From Chiloscyllium plagiosum (lineage: Eukaryota), in contig NC_057719.1 of assembly GCF_004010195.1 (NCBI RefSeq), forward strand, positions 75,780,064-75,844,063: a DNA stretch of 64,000 nucleotides. The letters run 5' to 3'. The position numbers and the translations under genes are program-made. This document shows, in pieces, positions 25,880 through 40,215 of the stretch. The notes beneath the pieces are model-generated. The model saw nothing but the letters and a program-made list of their open reading frames with translations. It was not told where the DNA came from and made no database searches. Numbering within the stretch: position 1 is the first letter of the stretch; each line of letters begins with the position of its first letter.

Positions 25880-26520
25880 TAGCTGCACAATTGAGAAGAT
25901 GTTTGTGGTTTTTGGTGGTCAGTCATCTCAGCTCCTGAAAATCTCTGCAGGAGTTCCTCAGGGTAGTGGTCTGGGCCCAGCCATCTTCAGCTACGTCGAC
26001 AAAGACTTTCCCTCCATCCTGTGTTCATAATTAGGGTTGTTCACTATTAATTATATAGTGTGTGTCATCATTCACAATTCCTCAGATACTGTAGTAGTAC
26101 ACATCTCTGTGCAGTAAGAGCCAGGTCAATATGTGGCAAGCAGCTTTCATGGACTCAAATACCAAACAATGACCATCAGAAACAAAAGAGCATCTAACCA
26201 TTGATGTTCAAAGGCATTCCCTTTGGATCATCATCAACATCCGAGCTTATTATTAACCAGAAACTTAATAGGACTAACCATATCTAAACTATGGTCAGAG
26301 GCTGGGAGTTCTATATTGCATCACCAAAGCAAATCCGCCACCAACAGGGCACACATGATGAATGTGATGGAATATACCCACTGTTTCTTTCCAACCATTG
26401 AGTTATAAATCCTGAAACTCCTGCTCTAGCAGCATCAGCTGCAGCCGTTCAGGTAGGCAGCTTACTCAGGGCAGTTGGGGATGGGCAATAAATAGCAATG
26501 GTGTACGTAGTGGAATAAAA
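25880..26520 (+). mobile_element. 3' fragment of the same LINE family
   Basis: GVPQGSGLGP region nearly identical to 38110-38220, ending in the gggcagttggggatgggcaataaa tail. Confidence 0.75.
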
Positions 26521-28289
26521 GACAAATAGCACTGATGCTTTTAAGAGGAATATAGCTAAGTACATGGATGCGTACTGAGGTAAGTATTATTGTTTGGGGC
26601 ATGTTTGAACTGGGTAAATGTATACACAGAGTGAGAGGTGATTTTATCGAAATGTATAAGCTTTCTCAAAAATGTACATTGGAATGCCCTCTCCCCTTTG
26701 GAGGGCGACTCATATTCTGGGTGCATACTTTTAAAATGGTCTCCCATTTAAGACTGAGATCATAAAGCCATACAACGACGAAGAGGCCATTCAGTCTATC
26801 AAATCAACGCTGGCCTATCAATAATAATCCCACTTTCCAGCACTCAGCCCGTAGCCTTCAAATAGGCATCTATAAACTTTTCCAAAGGTTGTGAAGTTTC
26901 TCATCTTCACCACCCTCCCAGGCCTTTATTTCTTCTCTCCCATCGCTGTTAGTCTGTGGAATTCACTTCTCCAGAGACCATTGGATATATTCAAATCAAA
27001 CAAAGAGCTGCAGATGCTGGAGATTTGCAACGAAGGCAGAAATTGCTGGAGAAACTCAGCAGCCCTTGCAGCATCTGTGGGCAGAAAACAGAGTTAATGT
27101 TTCAACTCCGATGATGGAAAAGCACGAACAGGTGTCGGCAGACCGGCTGTTTGTCTCCAGCAATTTCTTTTTCTGTTGAATGTTTTCAAAGCTGGGTTGC
27201 ACAGATTTCTGATCAACAGCCAAGTCAAGGAACAGACAGGAAAGTGCTGTTATCAGATCAGCTGTGATCTTACAGAATAGTGGAGCAGGAGGGGCTAAAT
27301 GGCCGACTGTTGTTTCTGCTTATCTTTTCTGATGGGGGGAAAGAAACAGAGGCATATGCTGGTAGGGTGAAATAAAACTGATGCTGTACAGCGGTGCATA
27401 AATGTTCCCCTCAGCAGATTGAACTGAATGACCTGTTCCAGTTCTGAAAAAGTCTATATAACAGCATATAATAGATTGATGTTAGTTTTCCCAGGCTGTT
27501 GGCGGGCTTCAATTGATTTTTTTTATTTTGGTTTAACATGTATGCTTTTACAGCCAACCAAGAGAGAAGACAACTTCATTCTATCGAGCTTGAGAATAGA
27601 TGGAATCCCAGGACTCAGATGCTGAAAAAAAAGTCTGCTGCCTTTTTTCTCTCCACCTGTTGCACCATAGTGATTATTTGACAGAGATAGAAATAATCAG
27701 TACGTTCTGACACAAGAAAACAAGATTAAGTAGGAGATAATACACAGCAAGTGTAAGTGATGGAGGGACCTGTGTGTCTAGTGTAAATGTACACACTAAA
27801 TCTTTTACTTTGAGAAAACAGACAACAATATTCATCAAGGGCAGTACAAATAAATCTGAGATGTGCAGCACATAACTCAGTACTGCAGCCTAAAGCATCA
27901 ATGACACAAGGTTGCAGTGAGTCACAGGTAACTTTGATTAATGCATTGAGGCATTTACATGGGGAGCTGATCTGAACATACCCAGCCTACCCTGAGAAAC
28001 ACGAGGTCATTAATGGCAAAGGGAGCAGCCAGCCATCCGAACTTTTGGCATGGGATGTGGGAGCCTTATTTTATTATTCCAGGTCCCCTTATCATCATTT
28101 TATCAATTATTTTTATACTACCTGTTGAAAACACAAAAGCCAATATGATGTTGGGACATTGGTTTTGCATTTGTGGTGATCAAGTGGACCATCTTGCCAA
28201 TTCTGTCTGTTAATTTAAGAAAGCACACACACATTTATACCTCAGGACCTTTAGTTTCAGAGGGATAAATATATCATTTTTGAATTCTG

Positions 28290-28640
28290 CTGAAAAAAGA
28301 TGTATTTTGTTGAAGCTTTTTTTTAAACCATGTACACATCAGGGCAATTTGCAAGAACTAACAAAGTGCAGGAAAAGCAACACTTTATACAGCATAGGAG
28401 GAGAGTGCTGATTGGTTGGCAAGCAGACTCTGATTAGTCAAGGCATTGCTATGGAGAATGTACCAGTTAATGATGACTGACAGCTAACTACCAAGTTTTG
28501 TAAGCGTTTTAAATTAGGAAGGTTTATTCTGGTTAAAGCATTGCCCTGATAAATGAGACAAAGGAGGGCTATCATCTATTTTGTTGAGCTGAAACAGGGT
28601 CATACATGTGTGCACATGTTCTTTTCCGTCAGTGAAGAAC
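28290..28640 (-). mobile_element. Solo copy of the same Penelope terminal repeat
   Basis: Similar to 60-370 and 54200-54460 (gagagtgctgattggttggc...ttaactaccaagttttg). Confidence 0.65.
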
Positions 28641-29914
28641 TGACTCCTGATTACAAGTTCTGCACGGCCAAACGACGATTTATGTATTATTTCCATGAGC
28701 AGAACGTTTTGCCATGGCTTCCAAAATGCTGACAGACAGATTTTCTGATACTAACCAGAGAGTAATAAGGAGTGGGAACCCCTGGTTTATTTCAGTCAGT
28801 TGTCTTGCACCCGGATGACGTACCCTGGGATTGTTGACTTCTTAGCATCTTGGTAGCTATCAAGGAAATTTTCAGATGAGCAGAAGCCAAAGGTAGGCAG
28901 GCATTGGATTTAACATACAGAAAAATAGAATACCTATAAGAAAAAGTAATGAGAATCGGGAGAAACAAATTGCCTGGAGCTGGTGGTTCCTACAACAGAG
29001 TATTAAAAGAAACAGACGGCAAAGTGCAGATGCATCAGTCACAATTGATTTGACATTGAGTAAAGCACAGGGCATTTGCAAACAAATCTTGTGCATGAGC
29101 TTGGGTTCCTAGGAGGTACAGCAATGTGATTCATGGAGATACATTTCACTGAGGCATTTTTCACTGGGATGTCATTTACGCTTTCATTGCCTGGGGGAAT
29201 GGGAAAGAATGAGCACGGGAAGAGAAAACTAGGGGGTTATTTATTCCTCCATACATTCTGGGAGCAGACCTCCAGCTCACCTCCCATGATGTGTGGTGTC
29301 CCATTAGAAGCTTCAGACAGTAACTGCGAAGGAATGCGAGGAATAATGATTTATAAATAATAGCTGGTCACGGAGGGGAAGTCTTCTGATTATGTGCAAC
29401 AACACCATCAATATATTTATAAGGTTTTCTTGTTAAGGATAGAAACAGTGAACAAAGGAAATCCATGTTTATGATGTGGCAATACATTAGCTTTCATCAA
29501 GTTATTCATTATTCCTGACCTCTCTATGAATTTGTCTTCCGTTCTTCTTTCTGTGATTTCCCCCAGCTCTGCCATTTTGTCATAAAATAAATTCCTGCTG
29601 TAGGATTAAAGGCTCCAGTTTAATGAAAAGAAATGGGTTAATTTTCAGATTTTCGCTTTCAGCCAATGAAACCTTTCCAGTGAGGAACTGGCTTGGCAAA
29701 TGTGAGGGATATGATTTGTCTCCAACATTTGAATCCTTCAGTCGAAACTAATGTACAGCTTTTGTAAATGAAACATGGGAATACTATTTGAATTGACTTT
29801 TCGCATTCTCCCTCGATCTTCATTTGGTATGCCATCACTTCAGCAGTGGCCTGCCCAAATTTCTCTTATAAACCATCTCTTACAGAAATCCCCCCCCCCC
29901 CTTAAAAAACAAAT

Positions 29915-30530
29915 GATATTCAGGTACATAATTCTTTGAAGTTTTTGTCACAAAGAGACAGGGTGGTTAAAAACGTTTGTCATACTCGCCTTCATTGCTC
30001 AGTCCTTTGACTATAGGAGTTTGGACGTCATGTTGAGGTTGTGCAGGACATTGTTGAATACTCAGTTTTGGTTGCTGTGTTATAGGAAGGATATTATTAA
30101 GCTGGAGAGGGTTCAGAAGAGATTAACCAGGATGTTTCCGGGTATGGAAGGTTTATGTTATGAAGAAAGGCTGGAAAGGCTGGGACATTTTTCATTGCAG
30201 TGTAGGAGGTTGACCTTATACAAGTTTACAAAATAATGAGAGGTATAGACAGAGTTTATGGTAGTTATCTTTTCCCTGGCATGGGGGATTTCAAGACTAG
30301 GGGGTACAGTTTTATGGTGAGAGGAGAGAAATTTAATAAGGACATGAGGGACAAATGTTTTACAGAGAGGGTGTGAAATGAACTTCCTAAGGAAGTGGTA
30401 GATGTGGGGTACTATTACAATGTTTGAAAGACACTTGGATAGATACATGCATAGGAAAGGTTTGGAAGGATATGGGCCAGGAGCAGGCAGGTGGGACTAG
30501 TTTAGTTGGGGATTATTTTCGGCGTGGACT
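29915..30530 (+). mobile_element. CR1/HER1 3' fragment
   Basis: YRKDIIKLERVQKRLTRMFPG..YEERLERLG followed by the tail. Confidence 0.85.
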
Positions 30531-31609
30531 ATCACATTGCACCATCATGAAGAGGAAACTCCCTGGAGGTTTTCTCTGCCAGGGACCCAAGGCAAGTCCT
30601 GCTATTCCTGTAGGTGATGTTCACTCACCCAGTTCTAACAGGTTCCTTCATGTCTTTGACTTTTTGTTCAATGCTTTCTAGGGTAGCACACATTGGTCAT
30701 GTGTTCTGTTCTGTACCACTCCTCCAATACGTTGGACCCAATCAGCAATTTATTTGGTGTACAATATGATTGTTAAGACACAACTACAGGGCTTCTCCTA
30801 CAGCAATCCCCGGGCACAACAACCACCACCACCACCCCATTCACTTCGAGCTAAATGTTACACTCTATTGCTTTCTTTCCCTGGAACAGTTTTTTTTCTC
30901 CAAACTGGGTAGAAGAATGGATGAATGCAGAGTTGTGTTTCCAGCATCTGGCTGTTAGCTAGCTTATGCCAGGGTTCAGCAACCTTAAAAACTTCACCAA
31001 ATGTGCATTATCTCAACAGACACAATTCCATTATTCAAATGGCCACAATAATGAAGGTTGAGACAGCGAAACATTTATGAATTTCTGCGCAGCACCATTT
31101 AGCTGGTGCTCATAACCAGACATGAATTTAGACCAAGTGAAAGATGGCATTGCTGCTTAACAATATTTTAATGAGTTTTAGAAAAAATTGTTAGTTGAGT
31201 GATACTTTCCAACAAGTATAATATTCCTACCACCCTGAAAAGACTGAAATAAACTATTTAATTAGCATCAATATCTGTCAGTGGCCCACCCCACCCGATC
31301 AGTTTGCAGGCAATATATATATTGTTAGTCCGATGGCACGTGAGGTCATTTTGCTTGGCAGAACAATTTGATCCATGCATGGCATTGACAGAATTTCATA
31401 TATTTGTGATTAAACATTCCATAACTCCTATTATGTATTAAAATATTAATCGCTAGGGAGATCTTTTGATATCTGACATTCTTTTCAAATTAAGCCGCAT
31501 TGGGACAGCTATTTTCCAACAAGAAAGATAATATGTGAAAATGGATTCAATTGATCAAGGTCAGGAATTACTCATGAGTCCTCAATGAGCTGCATGCTGT
31601 CAACCTGTG

Positions 31610-31948
31610 ACACGGTGGCTCAGTGGTTGGCACGGTGGCTCAGTGGTAAGCACTGCTGCCTCACCGTGCCAGGGACTGGGATTCAATTCCAGCCTTGGGC
31701 AACTGTGTGGGTGGAGTTTGCATGTTCTCCCTGTGTCTGCATGGGTTTCCTCCCACAGTCCAAAGTTGTGCAGTCAGGTGGATTGACTGTGCTAAATTGC
31801 GCGTAGCTTCCAGGGATGTGTGGGCTAGGTGAATTAGCCACAGGAAATGCAGGGACACAGGGATAGGGAAGAGGCTGGGTATGGATGGGATGCCTTTGAA
31901 GGGCTGATGTGGGATCAATGGTCTGCTTCCACATTGTAGGGATTCTAA
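31610..31948 (+). mobile_element. HE1-type V-SINE with a duplicated A-box head
   Basis: cacggtggctcagtggt occurs twice in tandem at the 5' end. Confidence 0.85.
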
Positions 31949-33329
31949 CTCCTGACTCAGACTGCTGGCGGATACCTAGGCTTTAAAACAAATATGTCAA
32001 ATCGGTTTGATTTGACATATTTGAGCTGAAACTCAAATCAGTTTGAATTCCCACCGACAGACAATAGGGAGAAGGGTTAAAGCTGTAAAAGCAACAACTG
32101 GCAGTATGAGGCCTGGGTGGAACTGTCATTGCCGTTTTAGTAGAGATGCTCTTCTTGTTAAAAAGTATGTCTTTGAAGACGCAAAGGAGAGAGGCTTATT
32201 TTGCGTCTCACCTGACGTTGTTAACTGCACTGCATAACATCAAGAGAGTGGGGGAGGGGGTAAAAGAAAAGACCTCTAACTCAAATTGAAGATATAAATC
32301 CATGGCCATGAATTACCTGCTGGCTGGATCACTAATACTAACACACTGCACCCTTGATGACTTTGTAAAGATAGGGCTCCCCTGTGGTGACAGCCTGCCA
32401 GAAACATGACCCTGTTGTCTCAAGCTGTCAGTTGCTGCCCGTACAGGATGCCCTGTCTATAAAGGGTCAGAACCAGCAGGCAGGAACAACCATGGTTAAT
32501 GCCATGTCATCATGTCATAATGTCCTTGCTGAAACCCTGATGCCACCTAGCCCCAACCTTTAAACCAACTTGTTTTATACATCCATAGAGAACTGTTATC
32601 TGACATTGCATTTAATAATGTTAGACTTCATCCTTATAGCATAACCCATGTTGGTTCCTGTTGTATTATTTGCGACCTTGCACCAGATGCTGAAAATTGT
32701 AGTGGAATTTTCCCTTTCCCAGCTACCACCTCCCTCCCCCTTATCTTCAGAGGCGGGGAGGTGGGGATTGCTATCATGGGGCGGCAATGTGGTAAGCCAA
32801 AGGTTGAGGGAGAGGTGAGTTCGGGATGTTGACCATCGAATAAAAGGGATAGATGGTTATGTGGGGAGGCCTCAAAGGTGATGGGGTTGACAGGGACAGC
32901 AGCACCAAAGGCAACATGGATGGTGGGCAGTGGCTGGGTGGGAATCATGAGTATCAGGCAAAACTTGTAACTCAGGAGTGCAATTTAGATAATGTGCCAT
33001 CTTGAAACAAACCTGAACTGCTCAATAAGGAAGAAAACTGGCTGCTAACACACAGTCACTGTAGGTGGAGTAAATGTCTTTAATTTTGTCTGTGGGTGTT
33101 GTGGTACACATGTCTGTGCTATGAGGCCAAGTTTGGATTGTATTTGAGCATTGACTATCATGCATCCTTGAATAAGGGCGTGTTCCCTTGTTAAGCGCAT
33201 AGATAGAATGGACTCCAGAGATATCTGCACTCATGAATGGTCACAGAGTTTCACACACAAAATGGTTGAGTGTGTGGAAGATGAGTGTAGGTAAGACACA
33301 TCACCATTTTCCCTTAGTGATCTACTCAT

Positions 33330-35400
33330 TGAAGGGCTAAATCTTGGCTGTGCTCATACAGTAAGGGTTGAATGAACCTGAACAATTGCTGCTATCTAGG
33401 ATGCTCTCAGTAATGCCTCACCAATATGACTTCCTTGGGAGACTGCTTAGTGTTTGCATTTTGTCCAACTAACCCTCTCCTATAGCTAAAATGACAGTCA
33501 ATCATGCATGTAACGAGGGAAAGTGTACAAATATTTACGGATGTGAATGTGTGTTTCCCATGATACGTTACCTGTGAGCCCTCAGTGTTTTGGGTGGTGT
33601 TTCCTTGTTCTCCCACCCACTCCAGGTTAAGTCTCAGGCTTTGTAATTGGGGATCCTTCTCTTTAGTGGATCGCAAAGACCTGGAAGATTTGGGCATGTA
33701 TGGAGAGAGGGCCCAGAAGAATGCTCGTCCATTTTGGCTGCAGCTTCCACAGGGTTGGCGTTCACAGGCAGGCTGGAGATGGAAGCATTTGGCATCTCTG
33801 GAGTATCCTGAGAGGATGCTTGAGGGCCTTGTTTTGATTGCCCTTCTGTCTGGGTACCACCCCGTCTCCTTGTGAAGAAGGCGCACCCGGAAGTGAGATG
33901 GAGGCTTTTGCTCTTGACGTTGAGAAATAATGGCGAGAGAGAAAAAGTGTGGGTCTTCCTGTATTTCTGTCAGCTGGTGAGCACTCTGCTGGACCCAGCT
34001 TCCCATGGTGGCTGCTAGCCTGTACCTGAAGTCACCAAGATGCATACATGCATGTCAGGGCCAGTACAATACAAATAGTTTTGGGGCTGGGGGGTTTCTC
34101 CATCTTTCAGGCCAGTTTTTACTGAGTGCCTGTCACAAACCTGCCCACTGCTCTGTATCTTTCTGTGCATCTGTGCAAATGGCTGATCCCTGAGGAGCAT
34201 ATTCCATCTGGGCCTGATCCCTTGCCTTGTCACCTGCAGTACCCTGAGTGCCAGCATCCTGGGACGTTTCTTCCTTGACCAGTGCAGAGGTGAGCCAGTG
34301 ATGTGCCATGCAGACTTCATCTGTGTTTAATCAGGGAAGGTGACCCACTGAGGTGAGAGTCTCTGAGCTGGTGGAGGGTGCAGGAGAAACCCTCGGAGGT
34401 GTACCTTCTGGAGGATATGTGGATTCTTCCTCAGAGGTGGGGGAGAGGGCTGAGGAGCGGGCCTTTTTGGATTCCCGACTGTGTGGAAACAGGCCCTTCG
34501 GCCCAACAGGTCCACGTCGACCCTCCGAAGAGTAACCCATCCAAACCCCTTTACCCTCTGACTAATGTACCTAATTGACAATTTACACATGGCCAATTCT
34601 CCTAACCTGCACATATTTGGACTGTGGGAGGAAACTGGAGCACCCAGAGGAAACCCACGCAGACACGGGGAGAATGTGCAAACTCCACACAGACAGTCAC
34701 CTGAGGCTGGAATCACCCAAGTCCCTGGTGCTGTGAGGCAACAGTGCTAACCACTGAGCCACCGTGCCCCCCCAGGATAGTGACTACATAAGAGACTGGA
34801 GGTCATGTAATGTAGAAGGTTGAGCACCTTAAGAATAAGTTAATGCTGGGGGGCAATGGAAGAGCTGCACAGGGGAATGATGCTTCCTGAGTTACCTTGA
34901 CACAGAGGTGTTCCCACCTTGATCCTTATCAGCCATCTTGAGGATCTTCCCACAGAGAGGTGTGCGAGGAGCCGAATGCTGGCCACACTGCTGCCCATCT
35001 TGGCCTTCTCTGCCCTGTTACAAGACATTTTCAACTGTAATAAGGCAAGTGAAAGGATTGAATAAGACAAAAGTGGATGAAAGCACTGTAGCAATGTCTC
35101 AAGAGTAGCAGACGAGGTGAGATGTCCCAAGTGGGTGAGTAGGAAGCACAGAGAGCAGTGAGGACGAGACAGAGTGAGCATGACGTAGCAGAGAGAAAAT
35201 GGTGCTACTTCCCTTTGAGGAGTTGTTGATTTTGGGGTGGGGGGGGAGGTGGTCATGATCACAGTTAATCTAATACCTGTACCAACTTTTCATTTTCCTT
35301 ATCCAATACAAAGCACAAAAATGGACACAATCGGCTGACTGATTCCCGGCTGTTTCTAACTCAATTGATATTTTCACAAACTTCTGAACTCCTGCCCTAA
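33330..35400 (-). mobile_element. Possible PIF/Harbinger Myb/SANT-gene remnant
   Basis: KMSCNRAEKAKMGSSVASIRLL resembles the K..HNRRE..KTGGG segment of Harbinger Myb/SANT proteins. Heavily decayed. Similar weak debris lies near 58640-59350 and 63560-63810. Confidence 0.35.
34468..34772 (-). mobile_element. HE1-type V-SINE
   Basis: Same head, core and tail as the other copies. Confidence 0.9.
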
Positions 35401-36479
35401 TTGCCATTGTATATTTCTACAATTTCCATAACGACCCTCACTGCTGATCATCCTGACCTTTCCACTAAACTGTCCATCAGTCACATTTTTGATTATTGCA
35501 GTGACACAGTCACTTCAATCAAAGACTGCTACTTCTCCCAGTTTCTCAAACCAATTAAACCCCAACTTTTGTGTATCATTCCCAGCATCTATTGTTGATT
35601 TTAGGTAGTTTGCAATCACAGTTACCTCATACAGACAGTCTATGATTTGTAAATGATATATTTTGATAGTTTATTGTTTGTTAAGAAGCAGCAGTTTAGA
35701 TATGATATATTAATGAAATAGAAAATGAAAGTATACAGCCATGACAGCTGGTTCACTGACATCACATTTTTGGCATAAAATATTTCTGTCTTGTTAAAGT
35801 GGTGGGTGTAACATCCTGTTCTCTGGCCATGGTGGCAGGGAACTCCTTGCTTGATCCTCCTCCACTTGTTCCGGTCCATCTTCCATCTACTTGGTGAGGA
35901 CTGCTGGATGAAGACTGCTCTCTGGGAAGCTCCTGATGAGAACTACAACCTACAAAGTCTGCTTGATGAGAATTACCCAAATAGGTCTACCCTCTGCCCT
36001 GAGCATTTACTCTTGTATCACATTTCCAGAGGCAGGTTGTTTTCTCTGTGTCAGTCAATTGCCTGTACCCTTTTGGCCAATAGCCAAGAGATAGCCAGTC
36101 ACAGTATCAGATAATCATTATCCCCTTCCTCGCCGTCATCTGAGGGTTAGTTTACAAATACTTTTGACTTACACTGAAAATAGTATGTGTTTGGCACCAG
36201 ATAAATTGTTGACGTAATTTCGCTGCACAGTGGAACCTGTTCGGTTTTCATAATTCTTTGTGTTCCCATGCTAGATTTCAGCCAAGTTAATTCCTGCTGT
36301 TAAATGAAATTTTGAGCTACGTCGTAATTACTTGGAAAGTTAAGTACTTAAGGGAGCCAAATGTCCCTGAAACCAAGAGGATTATTGAATGTGGTGCTTC
36401 CTGTGTTGTGTGAAATGTCATCACATCGCATGGGCTACTGCCTGGGTCCAGACTGTGGGAACCCATCCCATCATGCAGC

Positions 36480-38490
36480 ACCTCCATACGCTGAAGTGGA
36501 GAATTTGAAACCATTGTCAATGTTCAGGAAACCCTATCTGCCTCACTAATGTCCTTCAGGAAAGGAAAGTGTGGTCAGGCTTGCATGTGACTCCAGGCCC
36601 ACATCAATTTCATTGACTGTCAACTGCCCTCTGAAATGGTCTAGCAAGCACTCAGTTGTATCAGTTGCTACAAAGTCTCAACAAAGAAATGAAACCGGAT
36701 AGGCCACCTGGCATCGACCAAGGTACCGGAAAAGACAACAGCAGAAACAGCCCTGGGGTTGAAAAATGTGCTGGAAAAACACAGCAGGCCAGGCAGCATC
36801 CGAGGTGCAGGAGAATCGACTTTTCGAGCATAAGCCCTTCTTCAGGAATCTGTAGTCCTCACTTTCTCCAAGCAGAAACAGCCCTGTCAATCCTACAAAG
36901 TCCTCCTGATGAACATCTGAGGGGTAGTGCCAACATTGGGAGAGCTGTCTCACAGTCTAGTCAGGCAACAGCCTGATATAGTCATACTCACGGAATCATA
37001 CCTTACAGACTATGTCCCAGTCACCACCATCACCATCCCTGGATATGTCCTGTCCCACCAGCAGGACAGACGCAGCAGAGGTGGATGCTCAGTGGTATAC
37101 AGTTGGGAGGGGGTTGCCTGGGAGTCCTCAATATTGACTCAAGACTTCATGAAGTCTCATGGCTTCAGTTTAAACATGGCCAAGGAAACCTCCTTCTGAT
37201 TGGCACATACCGCCCTCCCTCAGCTAACAAATTGGCATTTCTCCACATTGAACAGCAATTAGAGGAAGCACTGAGGGTCCCAAGCACACCAATGTACTCT
37301 GGGTGGGCGATTTCAATGTCCATCACCAAGAGTGGCTCGGCAACAGCACTACAGATCGCATCCTAAAGCACATAGCTGCTAGACTGGGGTCTGCGGCAGG
37401 TGGTGACAAAACCAACAAGGGAGAAAAACAAACTTGACTTCATCCTTACCAATTCGTCGGCCACAGATGCATCTGTCCAAGTGCCAAGTAGATGATCAAT
37501 CTTGAGCCCTCCACTGGTTGCCAGCATCACAGATACCAATCTTCAGCTAATTTGATTCACTCCACGTAATATCAACAAATGGTAGGAGGCTCTGGATACT
37601 GCAATGGCTTTGGGCCCTGATAATATTACGGCATTAGTAATGAAGACTTGTGCTCCAGAACTTGTTGCTGTCCTAGTCAAGCTATTCCAGTAGAGTTGCA
37701 ACATCGGCATCTACCCAACAATGTGGAAAATAGCCTGGGTATGTTCTGTACACAAAAAGCAGGACAAGTCTAACCTGTCCAATTACCAGCCCAGCAGTCT
37801 ACTCATGATCACCAATAAAATGATGGAAAGTGTCATCAACAGTGCTATCAAGCAGCATCTGCTCAGCAGTAACCTGCTCAGTGATACCCAGTTTGGGTTC
37901 CACCAGGCCATTCAGCTCTAGACCTTGATTACAGCCTTGTTTCAAACATGGACCAGAGAACTGAATTCCTGAGGTGAGGTGAGAGTGACAGCCCTTGACA
38001 TCATGGCTGCATTTGACCAAGTGTGTCATCAAGGAGCCTTAGCAAAACTGGAATCAATGGGTATTGGGGCAAATTTTCTGCTAGTTGGAGTCACACCTTG
38101 CATGTAGGAAGATGGTCATGGTTGTTGGAGGTCAGTCTTCTCAGCTCTAGAATATCTGTGCAGGAGTTCCTCAGGGTAGTGTCCTAGGCCCAAACATCTT
38201 CAGCTGCTTCATCAGTGGCCTTCCCAAAGGTCAGAAGTGAAGATGCTGACTGATGATTGCAGAATATTCAGCACCATTCGCTGCTCCTCAGATACTGAAG
38301 CATTCCATGTTCAAATGCAAACAAGGTCTGAACAATATCCAGGCTTGGCCTGGCAAATGGCAAGTAACATTCATGCCACACAAATGCCAGGCTATGACAA
38401 TCACTAATAAAAGACAAGTTAACCACCACCCCTTGACATTCAATAGTCTCACCATCACTGAATCCACCACTATCAACATTCTTACCATTG
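36480..38490 (+). mobile_element. Decayed non-LTR retrotransposon (APE endonuclease plus RT), internally deleted
   Basis: QQPDIVILTESYL, DRRSRGG, GTYRPPS, GDFNVHH, HKKQDKSNLSNYQP, QFGFHQ, LDIMAAFDQV, GVPQGSVLGP, ADDC. Confidence 0.88.
36756..36870. mobile_element. Short PLE-derived element inserted in the LINE 5' region
   Basis: Perfect 16-bp TSD AGCAGAAACAGCCCTG at 36740-36755 and 36871-36886. One HHR core on the - strand. Confidence 0.85.
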
Positions 38491-40108
38491 AGCAGGAAAC
38501 CCTCCATTGAAATTCCAGAAATAATAGGAAAATTCAGCCTGTGGTTTTCACTGTGAAAGAAGGACATTGTGTTTTGATTTTCTGTATTTTTTAGATGCAA
38601 ATGATAAATCAATAATTAAAATGTATTATTTGTTTATTTGTTTGCTTTAATTCTTTTAATTATGTGTGGTTTTAAATGCATTGACTGGTATTCTATTGCT
38701 TATAGTATTAAAGGAGTTGGAATTGGTTAGTCTGTTGTTCTGTTTGGTACGCTATTAATCCGAGGTTGAGAATTCAACCACTTACATTGAGTGGCTTGAA
38801 GTGTATGCTTTTACCTTCGTACTTTACCCAAACCCTGTGACCTATATGGAAATATTGCACTGGGAGACTCATCATGTGTCAATGCTGGACACCAGACTGT
38901 GAGTTGGATGTTCCAATATGGGAACATTACAAATGATCCTGGCTCTGTCCTCAGTCACAGCCTGCACCCACACATTCAGTTGCCATCAGCAGCAATATGT
39001 AGTCATCAGAAATACTGAAGCCCAGAGTGGGAGAGACCTTGAAGCTTGCCAACTCCCTTCCAGAATTCTCCTGAAGATCCTCTGCTTTGAAGAAATACAT
39101 CACACTTTACATAAATTATGTGAAGCACTACAGAGAATGATAAAAGGTCTAATCTCAGTAAGCAGTTCCACAGATATGATAAGATAGTACCATGTGTTTA
39201 TTGGTATTTTTCCAAGATAGGATTCAGCCTTCAACTAGTGACAGAGTATACTGTATTGAATATTAATACTGCCAATTCACTTAAGGTCTAGTGCTTTCTG
39301 ACTTTGTTAGGTTTTTCAGTCAAATTCCAACCTGGTTACTGACAGTTTAGCATCTGTTATCCAAATGTAGATAGTATTGCCTATTAAAGAGAGACTTAAA
39401 ACATAGATGTAAATGTAGGCAAAGGGAAGATCATTGTCATTTGCATAAATGTTCTAATATTATGTTCTACCGTAACATCTATACTCTGTGGAAAATTTAG
39501 GGAAGTTTTTTTCGTTGAACTTTTTTGATTATCAATACTTTTTTATTCTAAAGTAGTGCTGAAATTCCGAATGAACGTAGCAAGGTTTTCTGTTCTATTA
39601 CGGCAGCAGTGATGTGCTAAAGTGGGAGGCAACCAATAACCATTGTGTTACCTAACAAGTGTTGTATAGCAATGACACCTTGACTTAATCCTGAGGAGGC
39701 CTCATGTTGTGGGAGAATTTGTGAGAAATAAATCGAAGCATCATTGGTGTGAATTCCTTTGCCAGCACTTTAACACAGCAGTGCACCTCCATGTTGTCGG
39801 CTGGCCTGTGTTAGAATGTCAGACAGAGGAATTTTACACAAACATTTACTGTGTTGGCTACTAATGCACAGAATGCATCTGACCACTAGAGTGTTGTTTT
39901 CCAAGTTTTGTATGTTGTTTGTCCACAGGTATAGTAAAGTTCATCACTGACAATGTAATCTCTTGCTCTGGGGTACTAATGAATTACCCTTATTGGTGAT
40001 ACTCACCTATCACTGCACCCATGGTCCCATCCTTCCCCTACCCGTTCTTTTCCAACCCCGCCCTTTTCCTTTCCCTTCCCTTGTGACATTATTGTTTTTC
40101 ATTTGCAG

Positions 40109-40215
40109 CAAAAGAGCTCAGATCAAAATAATTGATGATGAGGAATATGAAAAAAACAAGAGTTTCTTCATTGAGCTGACGGACCCACGCATGGTGGATA
40201 TGAGTTCACAGAAAG
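40109..40215 (+). CDS. SLC8A3: Na+/Ca2+ exchanger CBD2 mutually exclusive exon A (107 nt; KRAQIKIIDDEEYEKNKSFFIELTDPRMVDMSSQK)
   Basis: Acceptor ttttcatttgcag|C and donor AAG|gtggag. Length and phase match NCX exon A. The IDDEEYEKNK motif marks the NCX family, and PRMVDMSxQK resembles NCX3 exon A more than NCX1 (PRLVEMSEKK). Paralogue assignment is from recalled sequences. Confidence 0.9.

Noticed and set aside
33407..34045. Longest ORF (212 aa) as a host gene
   Set aside because: No recognisable domain or exon structure. It lies in decayed, probably transposon-derived sequence.
1..40108. Large upstream NCX coding exon
   Set aside because: No long ORF or NCX motif was seen, so the upstream intron exceeds 40 kb.
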